From positions 1-24,562 of IMG/VR virus record IMGVR_UViG_3300020045_001154: a stretch of DNA of 24,562 bases. The stretch is one strand, 5' to 3'. The translations under genes and the position numbers were made by a program. The stretch is from a virus (taxonomy: Duplodnaviria; Caudoviricetes). This document shows positions 1-8,424 of the stretch, piece after piece (the first letter of the stretch is position 1; the number at the start of each line of letters is the position of its first letter). The notes under the pieces are model-generated. The model had not been told where the DNA came from. It ran no database searches and saw only the letters and a list, made by a program, of their open reading frames with translations.

Positions 1-88
1 CTATTTTCATACCCACCCCCAAAATTGCAGGCACTATTATTTTTACGAAAAATTGCGTGTACTCATTGTTTATGAATCTTTCTGGCAT
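1..88 (-). CDS. 5' part of a holin-like membrane protein (runs off the window)
   Basis: Not in the ORF track. ATG at 86-88 reads MPERFINNEYTQFFVKIIVPAILGVGMKI with no stop to the window edge. It has a hydrophobic segment, overlaps the 3' end of 63..374 and lies in a cluster of membrane proteins. Confidence 0.55.
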   Translation of the reverse strand, partial: MPERFINNEYTQFFVKIIVPAILGVGMKI

Positions 89-374
89 TTTTATTATATT
101 TAAAAAACCCAATTAGAATAACTGTATAAGCGGTTAAAAGCTCATTTATACCCAATTCGGTTGGATTGAAAATTAGTTCGTCTAATAAATTATTTAATGA
201 CAAACTGAATAACACAAATTTAATAAAACTTTGTTTATCTTGGGCAAAAAGATACATACACAATCCAAAAATAAATAAGGCGTTACCCAAATAAAAACTT
301 CCTTTTGGGAGAAAGTTCCAAAACATATAAGTAACTATGCTTATAAAAGCGGATATGTACAACAAATATTTCAC
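63..374 (-). CDS. Small multi-pass membrane protein, probable lysis-cassette component
   Basis: 103 aa with 3-4 hydrophobic stretches and a basic C-tail (KYNKNARKIHKQ). Translationally coupled to 374..688. Confidence 0.55.
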   Translation of the reverse strand: MKYLLYISAFISIVTYMFWNFLPKGSFYLGNALFIFGLCMYLFAQDKQSFIKFVLFSLSLNNLLDELIFNPTELGINELLTAYTVILIGFFKYNKNARKIHKQ

Positions 375-688
375 TATCTATCTTTTGGTCTTGTTCCTAC
401 TAGTTCTAAATCAACACTATCTAAAATGTTCACGCATTCAGCAACCGCTAAATTTTGTTCATTAGTATATTCAACTTCTTTTAATTGCGGAATAGTTTCA
501 GAAGTAAAAAAGTTTTTCATTAGATAGGCTACAACTCCAGAAATTGAAGCTATAAGAATTGTTTTCCAATTTAGTACTAAAGTACCACTATCTAAACTTT
601 GTTGAATAATAGTAACTGCTGGTACTAAAATTGCCATTACTAAACCTTTTAAAAAGTCTTTCGTGTTTAATGTAAATAATTTACTCAT
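374..688 (-). CDS. Putative holin (2 TM segments)
   Basis: Two hydrophobic helices (FLKGLVMAILVPAVTII; TILIASISGVVAYLM) and a hydrophilic C-terminal half. Located downstream of the fibre genes. Confidence 0.6.
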   Translation of the reverse strand: MSKLFTLNTKDFLKGLVMAILVPAVTIIQQSLDSGTLVLNWKTILIASISGVVAYLMKNFFTSETIPQLKEVEYTNEQNLAVAECVNILDSVDLELVGTRPKDR

Positions 689-1100
689 ATTTATTGTATT
701 TAGGTTTTAATAATTTGCAGTAAGGTACAAAAAAAATACCCGCCAAACATAATCCAGCGAATCGTAATAATTGATTTCCTTTACCGTTTTTACGCATATT
801 CTCGTAATAATTCCACGCTGAAATATACCATAGTTTATAATCTCTATTTGATCCCGTAAGACTTTCGTAATCGTGAACCATTGCATCTAAATCTAAATTA
901 GGTATATCGTGTAAGTCTTTTACAATTGTAGCACCGTCAAAAGCATTATCGAATTTACAAAAGAAATCATAAGCATCACAATAATGTTTAATCTCTTTAG
1001 GCGTTCTGTTTTTGATATGCAAAAGTTTAACCATTGCATCGCGATATATTTCTAAAATGTAGTTATCGCTTTTAAAAAAGTTTGATTTACTTCCTAACAT
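681..1100 (-). CDS. DUF1353-like protein with C-terminal hydrophobic segment
   Basis: FDGAT...AMVHDY resembles the DUF1353 TDGASIP...HDxLY motifs. C-terminal TM segment FAGLCLAGIFFVPY. Confidence 0.5.
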   Translation of the reverse strand: MLGSKSNFFKSDNYILEIYRDAMVKLLHIKNRTPKEIKHYCDAYDFFCKFDNAFDGATIVKDLHDIPNLDLDAMVHDYESLTGSNRDYKLWYISAWNYYENMRKNGKGNQLLRFAGLCLAGIFFVPYCKLLKPKYNKYE

Positions 1101-1531
1101 TATTCAATCAAATTTCCGTTAATAAAAATACTATCTAATTGCTCCGAAGTAATACCCATCATACTCGCAATTGTAAGCAAGTCGCTAGAGTTTCTATCAA
1201 AATGCGTTGCACTTCTTAAACGTGTTAAAATTACATATTTTTGCGCTTCATCAAAAGTTAAGTTTTGAATAAACAAAACTATATCTTCGTATCTTATGCC
1301 CGTTGTTATAAATACTTGTATAATGAATTTCATACGAGATAATTGTTGTGGAACTTCGATAACTTCTACATAAGCATCTACAAAAACCTCATCAATTCGT
1401 TTAGGAAGTTTACAAGACTCAATAAATAACTTTTCTTCTTCAGTAATTTCAATAGCTGTGCAATTAGGAAATAAAGAATCATTTTCACCAATTGAAATCA
1501 CCACGTTATTTTCGTTTACATATGCTTTCAT
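1100..1531 (-). CDS. Putative tail-fibre assembly/chaperone protein
   Basis: VPQQLSRMKF...ATHFDRNSSDLLTIASMMGITSEQLDSIF matches the pattern of small proteins that follow phage fibre genes. Directly downstream of the 332-aa fibre. Confidence 0.6.
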   Translation of the reverse strand: MKAYVNENNVVISIGENDSLFPNCTAIEITEEEKLFIESCKLPKRIDEVFVDAYVEVIEVPQQLSRMKFIIQVFITTGIRYEDIVLFIQNLTFDEAQKYVILTRLRSATHFDRNSSDLLTIASMMGITSEQLDSIFINGNLIE

Positions 1532-1533
1532 AA

Positions 1534-2532
1534 TTATATTTTTTTGTATATGATATTAAAACACAAAGAGTTATATATATCAGTTGATAGCGTTTCTCTA
1601 ACTGCTATTTGCAAAAAACTTTTTGCTAAAGTTGGGGCTGAATGACTTGCGACAGTCAAAGATTTCATGAATTTCAAAGCAATAGAACCTGAACCAACAG
1701 AAATGGTTTGATTAACTAAGTCTACTGTGTTAGAAACTCCGTTACCTATCGATTCAGAATTAACTTCTGAGCGCGCTATATAAACTTGCAATGCACTTGG
1801 TTTTATACCGTCATTAAAACTTAATTCTAATTCTATGCTATCGACTAAATAACCAGTAGGTATGAAATCAGTAGCGGTTGTCAAGAAAAAAGTAGAGTTA
1901 GGAGTTGTGCCGGTTCCTAATGAAGAAAAAACATTGTTGTCGAAATCATCATAAGTAGGAGCTGGAGCTCTCCAAGTATTAATGCTGTTTAACCTTATAT
2001 TTCTCCATTTTCTTTTGTAAAGTAAATAATCCGAACCGCCACCACCACTTACAACTAAATCCCCGCTTCCTAAAATAGAAGTTCCGTTAATAGTTTTTAT
2101 ATTCGTACCACTTACTAAAATAGCTTGGTAAACCGCATCGAAATAAGTCTTTAACTGCGCTTTGATATTATTCCAAGTAATCTTAACCCAATTCGTGCCG
2201 TCGTTTAATACCGCAACTTCAGTACCAGTTAATGGTAATGTGGCTGGCGTGTATGTTGTTTCGTCGTTGGATAGGAAATCTCCAGTTATTCCTAAACTAT
2301 CTCTTGTAAAAATAACTGGTAATAAAGCAGTTTGCAACAAGATAACACTCGCATAAGTTACTGCATCTACTTCGAAATCTTGAAATTCAGTTAACGGAAC
2401 AATAACTATCCTACTATCATAAGTATTTACAATAGTAATTCTATTTCCTACAACAATAGGTGTGAAGTTTTTAAAGTACTCCACACCATTTAAAGAGAAT
2501 TTTTGTGTATTTACATTATTAATTTGTACCAT
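1534..2532 (-). CDS. Putative fibre / receptor-binding virion protein
   Basis: Contains LVSGTNIKTINGTSILGSGDL (a recurrent Bacteroidetes-phage fibre motif), a GGGGS hinge and a beta-rich C-terminal domain. Confidence 0.65.
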   Translation of the reverse strand: MVQINNVNTQKFSLNGVEYFKNFTPIVVGNRITIVNTYDSRIVIVPLTEFQDFEVDAVTYASVILLQTALLPVIFTRDSLGITGDFLSNDETTYTPATLPLTGTEVAVLNDGTNWVKITWNNIKAQLKTYFDAVYQAILVSGTNIKTINGTSILGSGDLVVSGGGGSDYLLYKRKWRNIRLNSINTWRAPAPTYDDFDNNVFSSLGTGTTPNSTFFLTTATDFIPTGYLVDSIELELSFNDGIKPSALQVYIARSEVNSESIGNGVSNTVDLVNQTISVGSGSIALKFMKSLTVASHSAPTLAKSFLQIAVRETLSTDIYNSLCFNIIYKKI

Positions 2533-3038
2533 TATCCTATTCTTGACATTTTAAAATTCTTAGGTTTAATTGAACCGCTACATTTATAAAACTCGTTGTT
2601 AGTTCTAATTAAATAATTCTCAACATTTAACCATAAGTTAAAAGCATAATTACAATTGTTTTCATACAACGTTTTTTTAAAACCTGTATCGATTCTCTCG
2701 CTTACTTCATTGTTTAGTTTTGCTTTTAATCCGAATGCCGTATCTATAATGTCACCAAACATAGCGTATCTTGCGTAAAGGTAATGGGCTAAAACCGCTT
2801 TTAAACCTACGTTAGTATAAGTTACACCATTATAATCGTAAGTTAATCCATCTAATAAATCCCCGTAATCGCCTAAATTATTAAGCATATCGTAATATAG
2901 TCTTTCACCCATTAAAGGAAGCAAATCAACCATTTGAGCTTGTAATATTAATTCATTTAACTTGTCGTTGTTGATTGTATTACTAAGTTGTTTGTATTGC
3001 TGAATTTCAGCTCGTGTAATTATTGGTGTTGTTATCAT
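2532..3038 (-). CDS. Head-tail adaptor (DUF6712-like)
   Basis: 168 aa, helical, with LILQAQMVDLLPLMGERLYYDML and LKAVLAHYLYARY patterns. Coupled to the portal gene. Confidence 0.6.
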   Translation of the reverse strand: MITTPIITRAEIQQYKQLSNTINNDKLNELILQAQMVDLLPLMGERLYYDMLNNLGDYGDLLDGLTYDYNGVTYTNVGLKAVLAHYLYARYAMFGDIIDTAFGLKAKLNNEVSERIDTGFKKTLYENNCNYAFNLWLNVENYLIRTNNEFYKCSGSIKPKNFKMSRIG

Positions 3039-4210
3039 AAAGCTTCTTGTTTAGTTTCTTCAACAATCAAAGGCATAACACTTAAATACCCGCCATTGTA
3101 AGTTTCTTGGTTTGCAACAATATCATTTACTAAAGTTTCTAAAATATTACGCTCTTTACTCGTGTTTTCCCAATACATTTTTTTTGCTTCTTTTAAAGCC
3201 TCTCCACTATTCCCTAACATCGCACTATCTGGCGATTTTACCAAAGCAATCGGTAAATTATTAAACGACATTAAAATATTTTTACTAACTGAATTTTCAG
3301 TATATTCAAACATCTTGTCGTTAATCTCTGAATTTATGGTAATTACCTTAAAAACATCATCAATAGTTCCTGTAAAATCTGGTAATTGAATTAACATTGC
3401 TCCACCAGCATTTTCAGCACCGATAAAACTTTCAATAGTTTCCTTTACTTCGTTTGCTTCCGTTTGTTTTTTTCTAAACTCTGGATTTATAATTGTGCCA
3501 CGGTCTGCATCGTAAATAGTTTCAGGTAAATTATTTTCAATAAGCGGTGGTGTTACAATAATTTGTTTGCCGAAAAATCCTTTTCTTAATAACGCATTCT
3601 TATAAGTACCAGCCTGAGCCTCACTATCGCAATCATTTAAAACTGCATCAACTCTACTTAATGGATAGTAAAATTTTCTATCCATATTATAATAGAAAAC
3701 TTGACCTTTGTATTTTTCAATTGAACCAGCTTTTTTTATTTGCGACTCAACTATCACATCATTACTATTATAAACATCGTAAACAATTTCCTTTTCTTCA
3801 GTATCGTTCCAATCGTTTTTAAATATAATTTTACCGTTGTATTCCTTACTGTCTTTTTTACCTAAACGACATTTGCTAAAAGGTAAAACTTTAGGATTAA
3901 TAGGTTCAAACGCTAAGTTATAATCATAGTGAATAAATACACCTCTATTTAAAACAATATCATCAGCAATATCAGTGGCAAAATCAATAAGTTTTTGTGT
4001 TTCGTTTACTTTGTAGTTGTCCGCCTCTCCAAATCCTTTACCGATAAGGTATTGAATCATTAAACCGTGCGACATTTTGGCAGTAATAGAGTTGTTTACA
4101 AGCAATTCCACACGTTCCGGGTAAGAATTATCTACTCCATTGGTGTATATTTCAAGTTTTTTATCCCATTTTACAAGCCTTTTAACGATGTCAAGTACTT
4201 GCACTTTCAT
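3035..4210 (-). CDS. Portal protein
   Basis: 391 aa with NGVDNSYPERVELLVNNS, YYPLS, FIGAENAGG and ILMSFNNLP motifs typical of Bacteroidetes-phage portals. Confidence 0.75.
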   Translation of the reverse strand: MKVQVLDIVKRLVKWDKKLEIYTNGVDNSYPERVELLVNNSITAKMSHGLMIQYLIGKGFGEADNYKVNETQKLIDFATDIADDIVLNRGVFIHYDYNLAFEPINPKVLPFSKCRLGKKDSKEYNGKIIFKNDWNDTEEKEIVYDVYNSNDVIVESQIKKAGSIEKYKGQVFYYNMDRKFYYPLSRVDAVLNDCDSEAQAGTYKNALLRKGFFGKQIIVTPPLIENNLPETIYDADRGTIINPEFRKKQTEANEVKETIESFIGAENAGGAMLIQLPDFTGTIDDVFKVITINSEINDKMFEYTENSVSKNILMSFNNLPIALVKSPDSAMLGNSGEALKEAKKMYWENTSKERNILETLVNDIVANQETYNGGYLSVMPLIVEETKQEAL

Positions 4211-4659
4211 TATTTACGTCTTTTTTGTTTCTTTGCAGGTATTACAGGAACATCTAAAATAGCTTCTTCTGTAATAATTTCTTTTTTAACCGTAGTTTCT
4301 GGATAAATTTCAAATAAATCAGACATTTTAAAATCCTTTTTAACCTCTTTAAAACGAGCTGTTAAAGTTTCTGCGTATTCGTCTGTCAAGTTTCTATTTG
4401 ATACAAAAATAGAGCTTCCAAATTCTAATTGTAAACCCTCTCTTTTTGGTAATAACTTATATTTTGATACATTTTCCATCTTTGAATATTTTTTTATGAA
4501 CTCAGTATGATATGAACTGATGCACTTTTGACAAGATGCGTTTACATTCTCTACGTGAAATTCGTTTTTGTAGTCTATTAAGAATAATTTTAAATAAGAA
4601 ATATTATCGGCAGTTTTCCCACCGATAATAGTTTCTATTTTCATTGTATGCCATTGCAT
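4210..4659 (-). CDS. Hypothetical protein (CxxC motif, basic C-tail) in the head operon
   Basis: 149 aa with ASCQKC and terminal KKQKRRK. Tightly packed between the tail tube and portal genes. Confidence 0.5.
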   Translation of the reverse strand: MQWHTMKIETIIGGKTADNISYLKLFLIDYKNEFHVENVNASCQKCISSYHTEFIKKYSKMENVSKYKLLPKREGLQLEFGSSIFVSNRNLTDEYAETLTARFKEVKKDFKMSDLFEIYPETTVKKEIITEEAILDVPVIPAKKQKRRK

Positions 4660-4662
4660 AAT

Positions 4663-5250
4663 TTACACTCCTAAGAATTTAGCATCAAATGCCGTTTTAG
4701 TTGTAGCGTAATCTGTTTCCAATAAAGTTAATGGTAACGTTGGCTCTTCGTATTGCTCAGTGCTTTCTAAAGTAAATGATATTGTACCATCATTTTCTTT
4801 AGTGTTCCAAGTCATTGTTTGTAATTCTAAACCAGACTTTAAACCTAATACTACGAACGCATCTTCGTTATCTGCACCCTTCCATTTTTGCTCAATAACA
4901 ACCACATATTTACTACCTTCAGATAAGTAAGTGGCTTGTAATTTGTTAGCAGCACTTGGATTTAAAATTACACCACTAAAAACGTGTTTAAATTTATCTG
5001 GTCCAAATTCTTTTTTAACTAACTCACTATTAGCTCCGTTAATCTGCTTAACACCTTGTAATAAGAATCCTACTTTAGCAGCTTTTAAAGCTAAATTAGT
5101 AAGTAACACTTTATTAGTAGGGTCAAATGTAGTAGTTGTAATATTAATGTCATCTGCGTTAATCAATAACACATCAGTTTCTATCCCTCCGATTGGTGGG
5201 TTCTCGCAATCAAATAATATGTTTGCGGTAATTAATCCTTCACACGGCAT
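4663..5250 (-). CDS. Putative major tail (tube) protein
   Basis: 195 aa, beta-rich, with an N-terminal C...DC...GGI motif, FKHVFSG and LGLKSGL. Follows the capsid gene, as in Bacteroidetes siphoviruses. Confidence 0.6.
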   Translation of the reverse strand: MPCEGLITANILFDCENPPIGGIETDVLLINADDINITTTTFDPTNKVLLTNLALKAAKVGFLLQGVKQINGANSELVKKEFGPDKFKHVFSGVILNPSAANKLQATYLSEGSKYVVVIEQKWKGADNEDAFVVLGLKSGLELQTMTWNTKENDGTISFTLESTEQYEEPTLPLTLLETDYATTKTAFDAKFLGV

Positions 5251-5285
5251 ATCGTATATATTTTAAGGTTAAAACAAGTAACGGC

Positions 5286-6359
5286 TTAGTAAGCCGCTAC
5301 TGTCATATAATTTTCTAAATACTTTGCATCGATTGTGTAAACACCATCGATAACATTTACTTTGTGATATTGATCGTAGAACGCTTCAACTTTTCCAAAA
5401 TCGTCAGACGCTAAAGTTCCGATTCTTAAATTAGAAGGAGTTGATAAAACCGCTCTATGTGGCAAGTTCCATTTAACACCAGTGTTTTCATACGCTGCAA
5501 TAACTCTATCGAAGATGTCCATTTTTACAACAGGCAAACCTCTGTAAGTTAATGTCATTTGTCCGTTTTCGTTAATCATTGTATTGCCCGCACCAGAATT
5601 TTGTAAACTTTCTAAGTCGTTCAAATAACCATCCCAAAGAGTACGAGTTACGTAGAACTTAGCTTGACCGCTCGCAATCAATCTAGGGTCTGCTTTGTTA
5701 TACATTGCTTTTAATGTAGCGATTGCATCGCCAGAAGCTAATGCTTGTAACGCATAAGTTGCACCAGCATTTTTAGTAATAGATACAAAGTTTGCATCAC
5801 CAGAACCAATATCTCCAAAGATTTGTTTAAACAAACCATTGAACGTATTGAAATAAGCTTTATCTGTTCCATTTGTTAATACACCAGCGTTAGCAATTGT
5901 ATCAGCGGCAGTGTCAGAAAACCATACTTTACGTAATAAATTCTCATTAAAACCTTCGATAATCTTAGCTACTAAAAAACCACCTACCGCACTTTGTGAA
6001 CCATCAATTACATTGTAAAAGTCTGGATTCATTCTTGCCATCTGGCGAACTAATTTATCTTGAGCATCAACATCAGCAGAACAATGTTCTAATCTGAAAT
6101 CTTCATCAACAGGAGTCCATGATTTTTCAGTAAAAGTAACACCAGATACTGCATTTGGTGTACATCCTGTTACTGCCTTACCCATTAATCCCATTCGACC
6201 AGCGAAAACGATTTGTTGGTTATATTTAATTCCTTGTTCTACTTCGTGTAATTCGTTTAAAGTAGGGTCTGCAAAAGTAAGTTCATTAATTACTTTTGAC
6301 CAGTCTTTCAACTCTTCTTGGTTGAAAGTGAAAGTACCGTTGTTTATTGCACTTGCCAT
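5286..6359 (-). CDS. Major capsid protein
   Basis: 357 aa immediately downstream of the protease/scaffold gene. Size, composition and the LTYRGLPVV segment fit an HK97-fold capsid. Confidence 0.8.
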   Translation of the reverse strand: MASAINNGTFTFNQEELKDWSKVINELTFADPTLNELHEVEQGIKYNQQIVFAGRMGLMGKAVTGCTPNAVSGVTFTEKSWTPVDEDFRLEHCSADVDAQDKLVRQMARMNPDFYNVIDGSQSAVGGFLVAKIIEGFNENLLRKVWFSDTAADTIANAGVLTNGTDKAYFNTFNGLFKQIFGDIGSGDANFVSITKNAGATYALQALASGDAIATLKAMYNKADPRLIASGQAKFYVTRTLWDGYLNDLESLQNSGAGNTMINENGQMTLTYRGLPVVKMDIFDRVIAAYENTGVKWNLPHRAVLSTPSNLRIGTLASDDFGKVEAFYDQYHKVNVIDGVYTIDAKYLENYMTVAAY

Positions 6360-6361
6360 AG

Positions 6362-7429
6362 TTATTTGCGTTTAGATTTTAATAAATTGTTTAATGCTTT
6401 TTGACCTTCTCTTAAAGTATCAGCATCTTCGTCTTTTTTACCATCGCTTTTCGCATCGATAGTAGCTTTTGAAGTAATAGTTTTTTTCAATGCTAAAACT
6501 TCTTTTTTAACCGAATTAACAAGTTCTGTTTGTTCAGCTAATGCAGTTGTCATTTCCGCCTTTTCTTTTCTTAAAGCGTCTAGCTCTAATTTCATAGCGT
6601 CAACATCTTCCGCTTCTTCTTCCATTGGTTTAATTTCTTCTAATAAACCATCAACACAAACATAAGTACTACCATCAGGCATAATGTATTCTCCGTTTGC
6701 TTTTTCTCCAGCCACTAAAACTGTACTTTTTATTGCTGGTTCTTCACCATCTGCAACCTCTGGGAACTCAAGTTCCACTCCTGTCGAGTCTTGAAGTACA
6801 ATATTCTGTACTTTCTTCGCTCCAAACTTGTTTAGGATAGCATCGAACTTTTGCTCAATCCAAGACTTATCCTCATTTGTTAAATTAGTCATATTTGTAT
6901 TTGTGTTTAAATTATACACTGCTTTGGCTACCATTGGAAAATCTATTTCCATTTCAGTAACAAATTTGAAATCAAAGGCATCATCAATAGTTAGCCATGT
7001 TTCATTTTTTAAGAATGGCTCTATCGCTTCTTTTTGAAGCCCTGTAACATCTACGTAAAAATCAATTAGTTTCTTATCATATTTTTTGATAAGTTCAGAA
7101 TACGCTTCAATATCGCTAGAAGTTCCTGACACACTCCCACTTGGTAAGTGAATCATAAACTCTGTATTTTTTCTTAACTTTCTTTCACTACCAGCCATAA
7201 AAATAACCGTAGCAATAGAAGCAACAACACCCGTACCAATTGTAGTAATTGGAACAGGTAAAGATTTTAAGTAATTGTAAATATCAAACCCGACATCTAC
7301 AACACCGCCAACAGAATTAATATGTACGTTAAAAGAAGTCGCAAAGCGTTGCCCTTGAACTTGCTTAACAACATCTACTAAATGAACACTAACTCCAATC
7401 TCTCCGTTTATAAAAATATTTCCTTCCAT
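6362..7429 (-). CDS. ClpP-like (S14) head maturation protease with C-terminal coiled-coil scaffold region
   Basis: INSVGG, VASIATVIFMAG (Ser), FMIHLP (His) and ETWLT motifs, plus an acidic coiled-coil C-terminus. Start reassigned from 7474 to ATG 7429 (MEGNIFING) because a TAnnTTTG element lies at 7436-7443. Confidence 0.85.
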   Translation of the reverse strand: MEGNIFINGEIGVSVHLVDVVKQVQGQRFATSFNVHINSVGGVVDVGFDIYNYLKSLPVPITTIGTGVVASIATVIFMAGSERKLRKNTEFMIHLPSGSVSGTSSDIEAYSELIKKYDKKLIDFYVDVTGLQKEAIEPFLKNETWLTIDDAFDFKFVTEMEIDFPMVAKAVYNLNTNTNMTNLTNEDKSWIEQKFDAILNKFGAKKVQNIVLQDSTGVELEFPEVADGEEPAIKSTVLVAGEKANGEYIMPDGSTYVCVDGLLEEIKPMEEEAEDVDAMKLELDALRKEKAEMTTALAEQTELVNSVKKEVLALKKTITSKATIDAKSDGKKDEDADTLREGQKALNNLLKSKRK

Positions 7430-7435
7430 ATTTAA

Positions 7436-7469
7436 CAAAGTTACAATGTAGGCGGGTTTATTTTTACAA
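7436..7469 (-). promoter_or_regulatory. Bacteroidetes-type promoter for the head operon
   Basis: TAACTTTG (-7 consensus TAnnTTTG) at 7443-7436, 6 nt before the protease ATG. TTG at 7469-7467 with an atypical 23-nt spacer. Confidence 0.6.
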
Positions 7470-7484
7470 CGCATTTTGTAAAAA
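7461..7484. promoter_or_regulatory. Palindromic operator TTTTTACAA-N6-TTGTAAAAA
   Basis: Perfect 9-bp inverted repeat centred 33 nt from the centre of each of two divergent -7 elements. Confidence 0.55.
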
Positions 7485-7509
7485 AAGTAATGTTATGACG
7501 TTAATTTTG
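7476..7509 (+). promoter_or_regulatory. Divergent plus-strand promoter
   Basis: TAATTTTG at 7502-7509 and TTG at 7476-7478 (23-nt spacer). An ATG follows 4 nt downstream. Confidence 0.5.
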
Positions 7510-7513
7510 TATT

Positions 7514-7666
7514 ATGGTTTTAATCTTTATTTCTTCACTTGCGCTTATTTATTCTTTAACGGTTCAGTTATTTAGACTAATTAAAAATAAGCTAACTCCA
7601 GCGCATAAAAAAACGCCCCAATATAAGGCGTTTGAAAAAGAATTATATTCTCTTATAAATTCATAA
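7514..7666 (+). CDS. Putative 50-aa single-pass membrane peptide
   Basis: Not in the ORF track: MVLIFISSLALIYSLTVQLFRLIKNKLTPAHKKTPQYKAFEKELYSLINS*. Hydrophobic N-terminus followed by basic residues, directly behind a -7 element. Confidence 0.4.
   Translation: MVLIFISSLALIYSLTVQLFRLIKNKLTPAHKKTPQYKAFEKELYSLINS
7567..7591. promoter_or_regulatory. Fur-box-like imperfect palindrome
   Basis: GTT-ATTTAGACTAATTAAAAAT-AAG, a 15/18 match to ATTTAGAATnATTCTAAAT. Same GTT/AAG flanks as the site at 19536-19560. Confidence 0.35.
7607..7633 (-). terminator. Intrinsic terminator after the 8388-7653 mini-operon
   Basis: Minus strand reads AAACGCC-ttatattgg-GGCGTTT-TTTT: a stem-loop followed by a U-tract, about 20 nt after the 7653 stop. 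Confidence 0.75.
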
Positions 7667-7877
7667 ATTTAATAATGTTTCTTATTGTGTTTTCTGAGCA
7701 GTTATATTTTTCACTGCAAAAAGTAATAGCGATCGATTTTTTATTATTCTGCATCTCGTATAAAAAGCATTCGTAAATGGTTAAGTAATCCATTATGTGA
7801 ATCGGAATAATCCCACGCTTTATAAATTGCAAATATAATTTAGCATCAATCTTTTTTAAAAATTCGTAGTTATTCAT
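7653..7877 (-). CDS. Small HTH DNA-binding protein (candidate late regulator)
   Basis: C-terminal AITFCSEKYNCSENTIRNIIKFM has a helix-turn-helix pattern, similar to the C-terminus of Mor/C-type activators. Confidence 0.55.
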   Translation of the reverse strand: MNNYEFLKKIDAKLYLQFIKRGIIPIHIMDYLTIYECFLYEMQNNKKSIAITFCSEKYNCSENTIRNIIKFMNL

Positions 7878-8141
7878 TTACCATTCGTTATTTGGACATT
7901 TAACATCTTTTGACCTTACTTTAGCGGATAGTGGGCATTTGATAATTCCTTCACACTTCATACAAACATATCCTTCCACTTCAATAATATCATCTTTAAC
8001 AAAAGCTTTTAAAGTTTTTGAAAATGATTTATAAGGACAAGTAGAGCATTTTTTAGCTCTTTTTATAGCTAACTCCTCAGAAACTTCCGATTTGCCTATA
8101 AAGTTTTGCCATCCGTTTAATATATCTTTTGCACTATCCAT
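7878..8141 (-). CDS. Cys-rich Zn-binding protein (DUF6171-like)
   Basis: R..KCSTCP...CMKC...CPL..K......CP...W pattern. Confidence 0.55.
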   Translation of the reverse strand: MDSAKDILNGWQNFIGKSEVSEELAIKRAKKCSTCPYKSFSKTLKAFVKDDIIEVEGYVCMKCEGIIKCPLSAKVRSKDVKCPNNEW

Positions 8142-8160
8142 TATTTTTTAATTTACTCAT

Positions 8161-8388
8161 TTAAAATAATCCTAAAAACTTTTTTTTATTCAATCTTTCG
8201 TTTTCTTCTCTTATTTCTTTATTTTCATTTACTAACATATCTACAATCACATCGCTTTTTACGTATGAAATATGTGTATTGCAATAATTCCAACTTACTG
8301 AATAAGTACAATAGTTTTCTTCTAAATTTTTTAACCTATCCTTTAATTCGTTATACTCTTTTAAAGGCATTGTAATAGTTGCTTCCAT
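8161..8388 (-). CDS. Hypothetical small coiled-coil protein
   Basis: 75 aa ORF with heptad-like segments, preceded by a -7 element and an A-rich leader. Confidence 0.55.
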   Translation of the reverse strand: MEATITMPLKEYNELKDRLKNLEENYCTYSVSWNYCNTHISYVKSDVIVDMLVNENKEIREENERLNKKKFLGLF

Positions 8389-8408
8389 AATATATTTTTT
8401 TAGTTTAT

Positions 8409-8416
8409 CAAATATA
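8409..8416 (-). promoter_or_regulatory. Bacteroidetes -7 element TATATTTG
   Basis: Matches TAnnTTTG in the intergenic gap, 20 nt upstream of ATG 8388. No clear -33 element. Confidence 0.45.
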
Positions 8417-8424
8417 CAAAAAAA

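Noticed and set aside
1534-1900. Diversity-generating retroelement target at fibre/RBP 3' ends
   Set aside because: No reverse transcriptase and no template-repeat duplicate were seen in this window. One elsewhere in the genome cannot be excluded.
4210-4659. Frameshifted tail assembly chaperone after the tail tube gene
   Set aside because: The next gene is the portal, and no downstream alternate-frame extension or convincing slippery site was identified.
7430-7474. N-terminal extension MRCKNKPAYIVTLLN of the protease
   Set aside because: It overlaps the predicted promoter and palindrome, and ClpP-like similarity starts at MEGNIFING.
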